Below, piece after piece: positions 1 through 11,066 of a stretch of 64,000 nt of DNA. The notes under the pieces were generated by a model. The model was not told where the DNA came from and ran no database searches. It saw nothing but the letters and a program-made list of their open reading frames with translations. Position numbers and translations under genes: made by a program. Position 1 is the first letter of the stretch. Every line of letters begins with the position of its first letter. The stretch is from Amoebidium appalachense. Taxonomy: Eukaryota; Protista; Ichthyosporea. The stretch spans positions 4,719,167 to 4,783,166 of the forward strand of contig CAVNZM010000005.1 in NCBI GenBank assembly GCA_963693365.1, read 5' to 3'.

Positions 1-2
1 AC

Positions 3-1175
3 GACACATATGCAGCTATTGCAAATCACTTTATGTCCAAAGTTAATACGTATAGGCTAGCAGGGGTCCAGCCACACTATGTGTTTGATGGGCGCAGATT
101 GAAAGAGGGAAAACTAGTTGATAACGACCGTGCAGAAAAGGTGGTCAAAGCCCGCCAAGAAATAGCCACAAAAAGAGAGAAACAGGAGGAAGTAACTAAA
201 AACAAATGGAGAAGCGCTGCAGAGTTAGATAACAGAGTTTTACATGCAATCATCCTTAGACTGAAAGATGAGAATGTCGATTACACAGTAGCTCCATACG
301 AAGCAGACCCCCAGCTTGCCTATGATGGCACGTACCGGTTTGGCACACACTGTTGTCACTGAGGATGCCGACCTTCTTCTGTATAACATCCCGCGGGTTG
401 TATACAAACTGCGCATTGCGGATGCGGCGGTCATCCCTGGGACCGCTAATGCGGTGCGCATTCCCAAACTGTACGGAGTGATTGTAACCCCCGCCGATGT
501 TTTTACCAGAAGCACAAAGTACAACTTCGACGGATGGGATATAGAAATACTGCGTTATTTTGCTATTGTGAATGGCTGTGATTATGTGAAAAAGCTCAGG
601 GGAATTGGCATGGGCACTTTGCACGCAGCTGTAAGTGAGGCGTGCCGGGCCTGGGGACGCGAGGGAAGGCCGGTAGCTGCGGGGGTTGTGTTCACAGATC
701 TGCTCCAGCATATCCAACGGGTCAGAAAGGGGAAAAGAGGGAAGGAAAAGCCCGTTAAAAGCACAGAAAACAAGCAGGGTGGGGACGAACGGGCAGGAAG
801 AGTCGAAATCGGACGGAAAGGAGGTGAAGCAGTGGAGGAAGAGGTTGAGTGGTGGGATCTTGAATACGAACATGGAACGTATGAAAACGGGGCTGAGGTG
901 ATGAGGTTATAGAGATGCAATGATGAGGGTGAAGAGGTTATAGAGATGCAATATGCAGATGGTACGAAAAAGAGGCGGATAGTAGGACCAAGTGTAGAAG
1001 AATTGGCCCAATCATGTAGTACAAGCCTGACCTTGTAGGGCTCCGTGCATTTGTACAGCAAATAGACCCTACTGGACACAAGTATAGTTTTACCTGGAAT
1101 GAAAAGTTTATGGTGCAAATGTATCCATCATACAGGGCAGAAAACCACAAAAAGTGGAAGAAGAAGAAGAAGTGA
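3..1175 (+). pseudogene. Exo1/XPG-Rad2 family 5' nuclease, intronless, 5'-truncated by the window edge, frameshifted
   Basis: The frame is open from position 3. XPG N- and I-domain motifs: GVQPHYVFDG, VAPYEADPQLAY, VVTEDADLLLY and the H3TH motif GCDYVKKLRGIG. There is a +1 frameshift near 324. A 19-bp duplication (903-921 and 934-952, offset 31) shifts the frame again. The last plausible stop is TGA at 1173-1175. Confidence 0.85.
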
Positions 1176-1217
1176 ACACGAACACTGAAAATGCAACTGA
1201 ATGATTCTGTTTTCCTT

Positions 1218-1250
<33 letters not shown>

Positions 1251-1283
1251 TTTACGTTATCTTTCATAATGTGTACTGTGTGT

Positions 1284-1352
<69 letters not shown>

Positions 1353-1608
1353 GTGATCTTCTGACCGATCTAGTGAACCTATAATGAATGAATGAAGACC
1401 GTGTGTCAAATCTGAGAGCAATGTACCAGACCCTGGTGCCTGCATATGTTTCCTACCCCCCCCCCCCCCCCCTCCCCCCGGTCCCTCCTCCCCCCTTGGT
1501 GTTTGCATACGTGCCTACCTGCCCCCCCCCCCCCCCCCCCCCCCCCACACACACACACGTGTGTGGGGGGGGGGGGGGGGGGGGCGTGCATGCGTGCGTG
1601 TGTGCAAA

Positions 1609-1671
<63 letters not shown>

Positions 1672-1704
1672 TTCCGTGTGTGCGTGGTTGTGTGTGTGTG
1701 TGAA

Positions 1705-1738
<34 letters not shown>

Positions 1739-1865
1739 GAACGACTCAAGGTTGTACTTGGCACACAAATACATAATAATTTCAATTATTATTATTATTT
1801 TCCTATACAGGAAAAGTGGAGCCCTACTGGCCGAATACATACATGCAAGCATTCATTCATATTTT

Positions 1866-1960
<95 letters not shown>

Positions 1961-2003
1961 CAGAGAAGGGGGCTTTAGGGAGAGGCAATCGAAAACGAAA
2001 ATT

Positions 2004-2840
2004 CTACACCATGCTTTTGGTGTGCCCGGGCCCCACCATATCCTTATATAGTGGCTCTTGCATGTTACACAAGAAAGCCACAGCCTTAGCTACCATCCAA
2101 TGGGTGCCTACCATCGACATCTGCACCTGATTGCTAAACAGCCGATAATTTTTCATGCGCCCAAAAGCCCTCTCACTGCTCGTCTCCCCCCGCTCCCTCG
2201 CTCGTTTCCGTGTTTGCTCATTATCTGAGGCATCCATTCCTACAGCTTGCATATGACTATTGGCCCTTTCCTCCCTCAATAGCTGTACCTTCTCTCTGTA
2301 CATCGGGTCTAGTTCCATTCGGATGGGACATGCATCCTTTGTTAATTTCAGTTTTCCATTCTTAGCAGTAATATCATCATCGGTGAAATGTGCCTCGCAT
2401 ACAACCAGTTGCTTAAGGATAGCCAGTGGCCAGGGGACTTCCACCTTCGGTTGCCCCCGTTTCCTCTTTGGTTGTGGTTCTTGTGCCGACTACTCAGCTG
2501 GCACAGCCGAGTCATTGGCATTTTCGGATTGTGTGTCAGCTGTGTGTGTCTCAGTAGTGGTTGTGTCTGTATTTACGTCTGTCCCATCCGAGGCCTTTGG
2601 CCTTGTGTCTGTGTGTGTGTCTGGGTCGGGGGGTGCTTGCTTTGTGTGTTCTGCTATTTGTTTCCGCTCATACTTTGTTTGCTCCTGCCTGCCTATAGCA
2701 TTTAACCAAGCATGCCTCCTAGCCAATACATTTGGTTTGCATCCATATGGAACAGTAAAATGCTTTATCTTCCTGGTAGGATCTTTGGGAGAGACTGTTT
2801 CTTCGTCATTTTTGCAGTAGTTAGCCGCGCAAGTTGGCAT
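2004..2840 (-). pseudogene. THAP-domain transposase remnant (PIF/Harbinger-ISL2EU type), internally deleted
   Basis: ORFs 2490-2840 and 2004-2444 are in the same frame, split by one TAG. THAP signature: MPTCAANYC...FTVP...RRHAWLNAIGR...VVCEAHF...LTKDACP. The C-terminus ERAFGRMKNYRLF...AFLCNMQEPL resembles the DDE_Tnp_4/ISL2EU end, but the DDE core is missing. Confidence 0.72.
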
Positions 2841-3715
2841 TGTGAGTGCCTAACATATATAGTTAGAAAACAACCCGCCTTCATGAAAAATGTGCAGCGC
2901 AGTTTTGTCCGGACACGTGTGTGGCATGCCGTGTGTACATGGTATAGCTCGGCCACACGATCTTAGGTGCCCAATATGCAGATCAAGCCCACTCAATCCA
3001 GATAGATATCGATCTGAGCGGCGCCAGAAAGTATTCGAGCCGCGCGATCCCGTATCCCTTAATACGTAGATGCATACGTTCAAACTTTGTAACAAAAATT
3101 TCCATGCCGAAAATCCAGATAACTCGTGAAGTTTTTATTGTCTTCTCAGTATGCCGTGCATACTTGCATATCTTTCCGTCGAATAAATCCAGTCAAAAGA
3201 AAAAAAAGAAAATCCAGGAAATCTCTGATGCCCCGGCGAGCGCACACCCGCAAGCAGGAAAGAGTTTTGGGAGACTGGTGGCAAACTCTAAGCCAATCAT
3301 TTTTAGATTTTAAGAACCATCGGATTCAACTTGAGCGGCACAAAGCAGGCTTTTTTCGTTTTTCATTTTTTAACATTTTTTGGTTATTAGCAATTGCAGC
3401 ACGCAATGCTATTGGTCAATTGTGAAACATTTAGGCCAATCAGAGCATGGCAGGGACGATGAAATCCATGGTTTTGTCCTCCTTAAAAGGCTCGGACATC
3501 GGGATGTTCTTACCATTAATAGGCTTGCGTGTGTGGGTGTTTGGGTATTTTTCCGGGGGGATATTAAACTTATGACTATTATGACCCATATTTCACCCCC
3601 TCACTACTACGTATGGCAATTTGTTCTATTTAACGAGCCCCAAGAATTCAGGGAGAGTGAGAATTAAAAAAGCCCTCGGAGGGGTGTTACCCCTTACTAA
3701 TGCCAGTGTACGTGT

Positions 3716-3794
<79 letters not shown>

Positions 3795-3802
3795 TGTGTC
3801 CG

Positions 3803-3875
<73 letters not shown>

Positions 3876-3882
3876 GTGGGGT

Positions 3883-3915
<33 letters not shown>

Positions 3916-5007
3916 CGCTGATCGATATCAACCGAACATGGGCCACCTAGGCCTCACTACATCAATTTTTACGAAGTTAAGGGCCCCATGCAGCTGCCTC
4001 TTTCATCAAATTTTAAAGCTCTTGTGGCCAATGAAAAAACGAATTTCAAACACACGTGACACTAATTCACGTGACGTTTTCAAGCTTTAAAGCAACTGTA
4101 TGTACATGTAGGCCACCGTGTGATATTGTGCTGGCAGGAGGGCACAGGGCTAATACATAGTCGCGCGCACCTAGGATCAAAGATCTAGAGGCGCTGTCGT
4201 CGCGCTAGCCAAGCTTGCACTGCGCTCTGATGGTTTATGACGTCACGGCCTTCTAGATCTATTTATATCGGACGAATAATGATCCATTGTTTCCTGACGT
4301 CATCATCATTACAGGGTGTTGGAATATACAACACCAATATCACTATCATTATTACTAAGTATATTCTACTAGTGCTAGTTCGTTGTCTATCTGCTTATTT
4401 AGCGAGTGTGATTATGCGCTCCGCAATCCGATCTTGTGGTGAGCAGTTACGTAATAGCTGGATGGCTCACTGGCGTTTGATTGGCTCGGAGCGCACCGCC
4501 TGCAGTCCCGTTTGTATACATTCTACATGTGTTCAGTGCAGACTCTGCTACGTGTGGGAAGGTAGTTTTTTCTCACGGGGTACTATCATACTAAGAAAAT
4601 GATACTCCACAGTGGGCATCTATAATTATAGGGTCCCGCAACGGACGCCAGCCGCCTACTGCCGCCTACTGTAATTAGACTTCGGCAAAAATCTCCAGAT
4701 GTAAAAAGCGCATCAAAGCACGAAGTGTGGTACGCGATTGGCCAACAACGCTCGGTTGAATAAATCATGGGACTGGGATATAGTTGATTTCCGAATTGTT
4801 TTTTACTTTATACCGGAAAACAAGTAAAGCTATTGTTATTGTCAACCCTCAAAAGCTTGCTCGCGAAAGGTTTTATTATACAGTACTTTAGCTTAATCAT
4901 TAATTACGTAAATATGCATATAATAAGATAATAATATCTTAGGTGCGAATGTAGCTAAAAAGAAAAAGAAAAATAGCTCTTGGGTAATTTGAAGCGGCGC
5001 CGCGGCT

Positions 5008-5648
5008 CAGGGTTCCGCGAGGCGATCCGATTCGAACCCTGATCTATGGGATCTGAAGCTTGCGTCGGGTTGGGTCGACCCGAGAACCAACCCGGCCGGG
5101 TCGGCGTTACCCAACCCCGACCCGGGGCATTTTTGCTCAAACCCGGTCGGCTTTATGACCCGGCGGGTCAGACCGAACCCAGCCCGACCGATGGCTCTGA
5201 CCCGGTCAGTTCCCGCCGGGTCAGGGTAAAGCATGATATATTAACCATAATAAGTAGTAAATTTAGATTGATAATTGGTTTTCAGGGATTGCACAGTGAA
5301 CTAATAACAATACAGTATTTTAATCATGCCCATATATGGTAGTATAAACATTGCCGAGGCATAGTTAGCTACAGTAGTAGAGTACTGAGGCTAGGCTAGC
5401 GCTTTAATATAAAAAGAGAAAGAAAAAGAAAAAGAAAAAAGAGAGAGACAATCGTAACTGCTGTGCACGTTACGTTGTGTTTGCTTTAGTCACCACTACC
5501 AAGCTCTATATAATCAAGTAAGCCGCAAGCACACGAGCACTGTCTGTTCACATGTAGACACCATGCGTGGAAAAGCCACACACACACCGCGAGCACATGT
5601 GCACACACAGCACGCACGCACGCAAGCATATCATACACACACACACGT

Positions 5649-5688
<40 letters not shown>

Positions 5689-5908
5689 GTGCACACACAC
5701 GTATACATGTACACACGTATATGGCCAGTCCGGGCGAACACCCGAGGTTTTCGCATTTGGTAACCCGCGGGTCAACCCGATCACAAGGGTCCAAGACCCG
5801 AAAACCAACCCGGCCCGGACCGAAAAAAAGACGACCCGGCCCGAGATCCAACCGGCCTTTGCGTAAACCCGCCCGAGACCCACCCGGCCAGTGACCGACA
5901 CATCCCTG
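5008..5908. mobile_element. Non-autonomous MITE-like element (hAT-like) with subterminal ACCCG/CGGGT motifs
   Basis: Starts CAGGG (5008) and ends CCCTG (5908). ACCCG/CGGGT motifs cluster at 5050-5230 and 5730-5890 around an AT-rich, CA-repeat middle. No TSD found. Confidence 0.5.
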
Positions 5909-6073
5909 TTGGGGGGTTTACACACTTTTTATTGCGTGGACACTGCCGGAGGCCCAGCCACATTCGACGGCCTACTGCGTGTTCCAGCACAGCCAATCAA
6001 ATGCAGCCAGTGACATATGTACATGCTAGGCAACAATGAGCGCCATCGTAGTATCTGACACCCCTATTACATA

Positions 6074-6827
6074 TTATGGGTAAGCAGAGGCTAGCATCGG
6101 TAGCTCCGAAAGAAAGTTAAGGCACCGGATCACAATATCATACTATGCAGCATTAATAAGGTGATCTAGGATAGTCATCTTAAAACGGATATATTGAGGA
6201 AGAGAGGAAGAAAAGAGAATAAAACCGCCAATAACCTCCGGTTCTAATACATTAGCTAACAGGTTGCATTTATTGATAGATATGCAGCCGCGAGTAAACC
6301 GCCCCCCACACATATTACACATACGAGCAGGAGACACCAGAAACCGATTACACCGCCAAGCCATAATCATCTTTGCGTTTTTACACCACACCACATTACG
6401 AATAAACGAATCTATGTATGAACGAGACTCTCTAACCGACAGTATCCGCCATATAGGCTACTAGTAGTTGGTGTTTTTGCGGTCCTAACACCGGAAGGGA
6501 CTCAACACGTAGAGTAAAAAGATATCTATCAGCCATAGACTTGAAACTATTCATATTCACACTATGATCTAGCCGTACCTCCGGGGGGGTCGCCAGCCAT
6601 TCCACATAACGCTCGGCAATGGGCAGAGACGATGGGGAAGGGAAGAGGTAGAGGGGCGAATCCGGCGGGGATGCGTGTAGCCGGAAGAGCGGGTGGTCCG
6701 GGGCACAAGCGGACAGGCGGGTGATGTGCTCGTGAAATTTAAGGGCTAATTCGTGTACGCGTTGTGATGGTGGTGTGAGTGCGTAGAGAGAATCAAAAAG
6801 GCGTCTAGGGAGAGGTGTGGAAAGACC
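6074..6827 (-). pseudogene. LINE ORF2 C-terminal part with a Cys-rich knuckle
   Basis: Continues ORF2 across the AGACC insertion site. Contains AWRCNRF...CNMCGGRFTRGCI. There is a premature TAG at 6143 and an in-frame TAA at 6074-6076. Confidence 0.7.
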
Positions 6828-7544
6828 TGACATATACCGTCTCAGCAGATCAGCCTAAGTCTACGATCGAGATCGGGGGGGGGGGGGGGGGGGGGGGGGT
6901 GGCCCGGGTCCACAGATCATCAAGATCAAGTCCGGGGCCTCAAGATAGCTGTACAGCTGCGTGCATCTTGCCTCTGCCGGCGCAGGGCATTGGACCACGT
7001 CAGCCGGGACAGCCGTCCAATAGAATTCTAATTAGTGTGTAGGATAGATCGTAGGAGGACTTAGGAATGTGATTGTTCAGGCAGAAGCCCTTTTGTAAGT
7101 ATTGGCAAGGTTAGATAGTGTATGTTGCCAAACGTATTTATATATGTATATGTAGAGGAAAGGGGGGGGAGGGAGGGGGGGGGAGGATCATAGTATGAAA
7201 TGTAGATTTAGACTCTGCGGTGCCACTAGGGGGAGGGTGAGGGGTGAGACTTGGATAAATATATTAGTTGAGTAGATCGACTTAGCTCGTGCAGGCGCAC
7301 GATAAAAGTAGATCGGAATGTTAATGGAATGTGGCATCGTAGGGGGCCAGGTGATGATGATCTTTGAGGGCACGGCCTGGATGGCCTCAGTCGTAACTTA
7401 GACTCATTCCGTACGGATCTAAGTTTGCCCGTCGGAGCCTGGTCTGAATAAACTTTACCGTTTTTCCGTACACGTTCGTTCCTTTTCGTGTGTGTACACT
7501 TAGTAGAGTGCCGCGTCTCTAGTACACACTATTAGGATACGACA
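6828..7544 (+). repeat. LTR copy 1 (717 bp), flanked on both sides by AGACC
   Basis: TG...CA ends and near identity to 16266-16981. AGACC at 6823-6827 and 7545-7549. Lacks 5 bp (TAATC) near its start relative to the 3' LTR. Confidence 0.95.
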
Positions 7545-8871
7545 AGACCAGTGAGAAACATACAACAAGTTGTGTAGTGGAAATCATCTATTGATTTGAG
7601 GACATTAGTAACAGTATCAGGGGGTGCCATAGCTAGTAAGGGCAACCCGTATTCAGACAAAGGGCGAATATATGTGCGAAATATACTAAGACGATTGTAT
7701 AGGTGGACAGTATGAGAAAGAGTAGCAAGATACACATCCCGAAATAACCGAAGACACCTGCCTGCACTCTCCACCCGACGGTCGATCATCCGTTTGAAAC
7801 ATATGCCCCATTCGTCCACCGGAATCCCCAAATACTTGTATTCGATTGGGCGAGGGAGGGGACTGCCGAAAATACAAACGTCGTCCCATGCCGGTATCGA
7901 TTTTGATAAAAGGGCACACTTTTTGACATTAATCTGCATATCGTTGAGCTGGCACCAATGTTCAACCACACGAATGTATTGCCGTAGTTCGAGAGGATCG
8001 GATGACATAAGCACAATATCGTCGGCAAAAAAGAGGGCGGGGGGAGCCTGGGATGGCAACCCCCCGTCAATTTGTGCCGCAGAAAGAGTGTCGGCTAAAT
8101 CATCAATATACAGGTTGAAAAGAAGAGGACTTAGCAGGGACCCTTGAAGTACCCCGCGCGTGCGGGTAAACCAGTGGGGATAGCCGCCCATTAACCACCG
8201 CTCGTCCGCGTGTAAACGTAAACATAGCTTCCAGTAGCCGACCCATTTGTAATGGGACACCGCGAGTGGCCAACTTGGCCCACAGGCGAGGGAGATCGAC
8301 CGTGTCGTACGCGTTCTTAAAATCGATAAATACGAGGTGCTCGGTATCACTTTGAGTTGCATTATGTAGAGTGAGGATTTGTGCGTAACATGAGTGTCGA
8401 TGCCGAAACGCCGCCTGAAGAGGGCTCAGCTGGGAAGCCTGCTTAAGGGTGGGGTTACGGGAAAAGGCCTGTAAAAGGCCACTTTCGAATAATCGGCGAA
8501 AAACGGACGTAAGGGTGATAGGGCGAAATTCGTGGATGGGACCCTGTGCAACCGTTTTCTTGATGGGAAACACTAAGGTGGCTAGCCACTCCGAGGGCAC
8601 TTTACCGACATCAGAATACCAGCTAAACAACTCGCTAAGAATACATGTAAGTGGTGGCGGCGGGCCACGCTTTTCGTCTTTCTCGGGTCGGGGTGGGATG
8701 AGTACCTTAAGTAGTGCCATAGGGATGCCGTCCGGCCCGCACGCTTTGCGGGACGGGTAACGGGAGCCTGACTAACTGCCATACTGCATCTGGGGTAAAA
8801 AGTTCCCCCAATTCAGCCCCAAACTCAGCCGGCCCCGCTGGCCACGCCGTGTGTGGTGGTGGTGGTGTGTC
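7545..8871 (-). repeat. 1,327-bp duplicate of the LINE RT segment 16982-18308
   Basis: Identical ORF translations at a constant offset of 9437, including LQGSLLSPLLFNLYIDDL and FFADD and the same frameshifts. Confidence 0.95.
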
Positions 8872-9342
8872 TGATTGTTCGGGCAGAAGCCCTTTTGTAA
8901 GTATTGGCAAGGTTAGATAGTGTATGTTGCCAAACGTATTTATATATGTAGATGTAGAGGAAAGGGGGGGAGGGAGGGGGGGGAGGATAGTATGAAATGT
9001 AGATTTAGACTCTGCGGTGCCACTAGGGGGAGGGTGAGGGGTGAGACTTGGATAAATATATTAGTTGAGTAGATCGACTTAGCTCGTGCAGGCGCACGAT
9101 AAAAGTAGATCGGAATGTTAATGGAATGTGGCATCGTAGGGGGCCAGGTGATGATGATCTTTGAGGGCACGGCCTGGATGGCCTCAGTCGTAACTTAGAC
9201 TCATTCCGTACGGATCTAAGTTTGCCCGTCGGAGCCTGGTCTGAATAAACTTTACCGTTTTTCCGTACACGTTCGTTCCTTTTCGTGTGTGTACACTTAG
9301 TAGAGTGCCGCGTCTCTAGTACACATACATTAGGATACGACA
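8872..9342 (+). repeat. LTR copy 2, 5'-truncated (471 bp), directly upstream of the internal region
   Basis: Matches 16511-16981. Begins TGATTGTTC and ends ATTAGGATACGACA. Confidence 0.93.
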
Positions 9343-9487
9343 AGCTACACCTTTCTTTTAGTGCGGTTTTTCGCGCTAGGGTAACGCGGTGACAGTTCCT
9401 TCTGGGCTGTTGCTACACCTCAAACACACAGAAAAAAAAAAAAAAAAAAAAAAAAACAAATAAACACAACCACCCGAACACCACACA

Positions 9488-11053
9488 ATGGCTAAGTTTA
9501 ACGTAGACATGTTCTACGCATTGGCAGCGGAGGATAGCTCCCTGCACACACAGGTACCACAGGTTCATACACTAGACGTTAGACAGACCACAGCTTTCAG
9601 TTTTACACTCAAACACGACTCGGAAATACCTAGGTGGCTTAGGACACTCCTAGCTAACACACCCACACTAGTGTTAGACACAAAGAAGGCCCCCACTGTG
9701 GCGGCCTCGTGCTTAATGATCAAACAGTGCATCGACCACAAAACAATGGCCGACTTATGCACCCTGATGGAGGAGCACCCGTACCGGGCCGAGCAGGCCC
9801 CCCAGGTGACGGCTCGTATATACGAGCAGCAGTACGACGAGGGGAGGGACGAGATGGTGTCCCGGACACTCGGCCAGAAACGTCTGGCCGCACGGTTCAT
9901 CCCCGACGACGAGGACGAGAACAGCACCGACGACGTGGACGGGGAGCTCGAGGCCTTCACACGGCCGGAAAACGAGCTCGAGTATACGGCCCGGCTCGTC
10001 GGCCGATACCTGACGGCCGACCGGCGCCGTACCTTCCGGGCCCAGCTCAGAGAATGGAAGTATACCTTTCCCACTTTAGATATGTCCCCCGTAGAAGCTC
10101 GTGCATTCTTTGAGAGGGAATATCGGGTCTTTGAAGACCTTTGTGAGTTAGCTGGTGATGTGAGTGATAGGGAAAAATTCGAGTTTGCTCGTAAGGCTCT
10201 CTCTGTAAACACAGACACTGCACGCATGTTTGGGGAGCATGATGATGTAGATGAGGTGGTATTGCATGTTAAACGTCACTTGCTTGCCATGCACGAGGTG
10301 AAGTTCAATAAGAGGGATAAAAAGGAGGTGATGGAAGTAGACAAGAAAAAGAAGGAGAGTGGACAGAAGGGGGAAAAAGAGAAAAAAGAGGGTGAACAGC
10401 CAGATGCACTCACCATGTTGGTCAAGCAGGTTGCCGAGCTCTCCCAGGCCGTCTTTTCTGGCCGAGGGGGCTTCGGCTTCCGGGGTGGCCGTGGCGGCGA
10501 CCGGGGTGGACACGGTGGTCGTGGCCGAGGTGGACGTGGAGGACAACAGCAGCAGTTCACCGAGAGGTTTGCCCCTTATCTTGCTCGTGGTGGTGGGCAG
10601 GGTAGAGGGAGGGGTGGAAATGGTGGTGAGAGAGGCCGAGGGGGGCAGGGGGGAAGGGGGGGCCGTGGTGCACACGGTGGGCCCCCCCAGCATGACCGGG
10701 CTCCCGGTTATGCTTTGCGCCAAGGTTTTGAAGTCCCCCCTGGCCCCTTCTTTGGTGCATGTTACTTTTGTGGCCGGCAAGGGCACTCTGCTGCATATTC
10801 AGTTGCCGTAGTTACAAGAGCTATTGAGTTCCGGGGGAGGGGGGAGCTGGGGTCACTGAGGGAGGGGGGGGGGACAGTATCGGTCCCCCCCAGGTTGCAG
10901 AGAACCTTCACCCTCCCCCACCCCAGGTTAAGCTTCCCTTTGCCCCCTCACCGCCCCGATACGTGTGGGAGCCGGGCATCGTCGTGGGTCCTCAAGACAG
11001 CGTCGAGGTGGTATGGCATGAATGTTTGTGGGGTGACTCTACCAAAGGTATGA
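9488..11053 (+). CDS. Gag-like ORF with an RGG-rich tract and a degenerate zinc knuckle
   Basis: 521-aa ORF after the LTR. Long RGG repeats and CYFCGRQGHSAAYS (a CCHC knuckle with the last Cys missing). Confidence 0.8.
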   Translation: MAKFNVDMFYALAAEDSSLHTQVPQVHTLDVRQTTAFSFTLKHDSEIPRWLRTLLANTPTLVLDTKKAPTVAASCLMIKQCIDHKTMADLCTLMEEHPYRAEQAPQVTARIYEQQYDEGRDEMVSRTLGQKRLAARFIPDDEDENSTDDVDGELEAFTRPENELEYTARLVGRYLTADRRRTFRAQLREWKYTFPTLDMSPVEARAFFEREYRVFEDLCELAGDVSDREKFEFARKALSVNTDTARMFGEHDDVDEVVLHVKRHLLAMHEVKFNKRDKKEVMEVDKKKKESGQKGEKEKKEGEQPDALTMLVKQVAELSQAVFSGRGGFGFRGGRGGDRGGHGGRGRGGRGGQQQQFTERFAPYLARGGGQGRGRGGNGGERGRGGQGGRGGRGAHGGPPQHDRAPGYALRQGFEVPPGPFFGACYFCGRQGHSAAYSVAVVTRAIEFRGRGELGSLREGGGTVSVPPRLQRTFTLPHPRLSFPLPPHRPDTCGSRASSWVLKTASRWYGMNVCGVTLPKV

Positions 11054-11066
11054 ATGGTGTGAATGT

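Larger units (their letters stand above)
1..2975. mobile_element. Putative ISL2EU-like DNA transposon remnant (convergent nuclease and THAP transposase), left end outside the window
   Basis: Two intronless decayed ORFs lie tail-to-tail, as in two-ORF ISL2EU elements. The right end near ...GATCTTAGGTGCCCAAT (~2975) is a guess, and no TIR pair is visible. Confidence 0.45.

Noticed and set aside
7545-8871. An independent second LINE insertion
   Set aside because: It starts exactly at the AGACC TSD and shares all lesions with 16982-18308, so it is a local duplicate.
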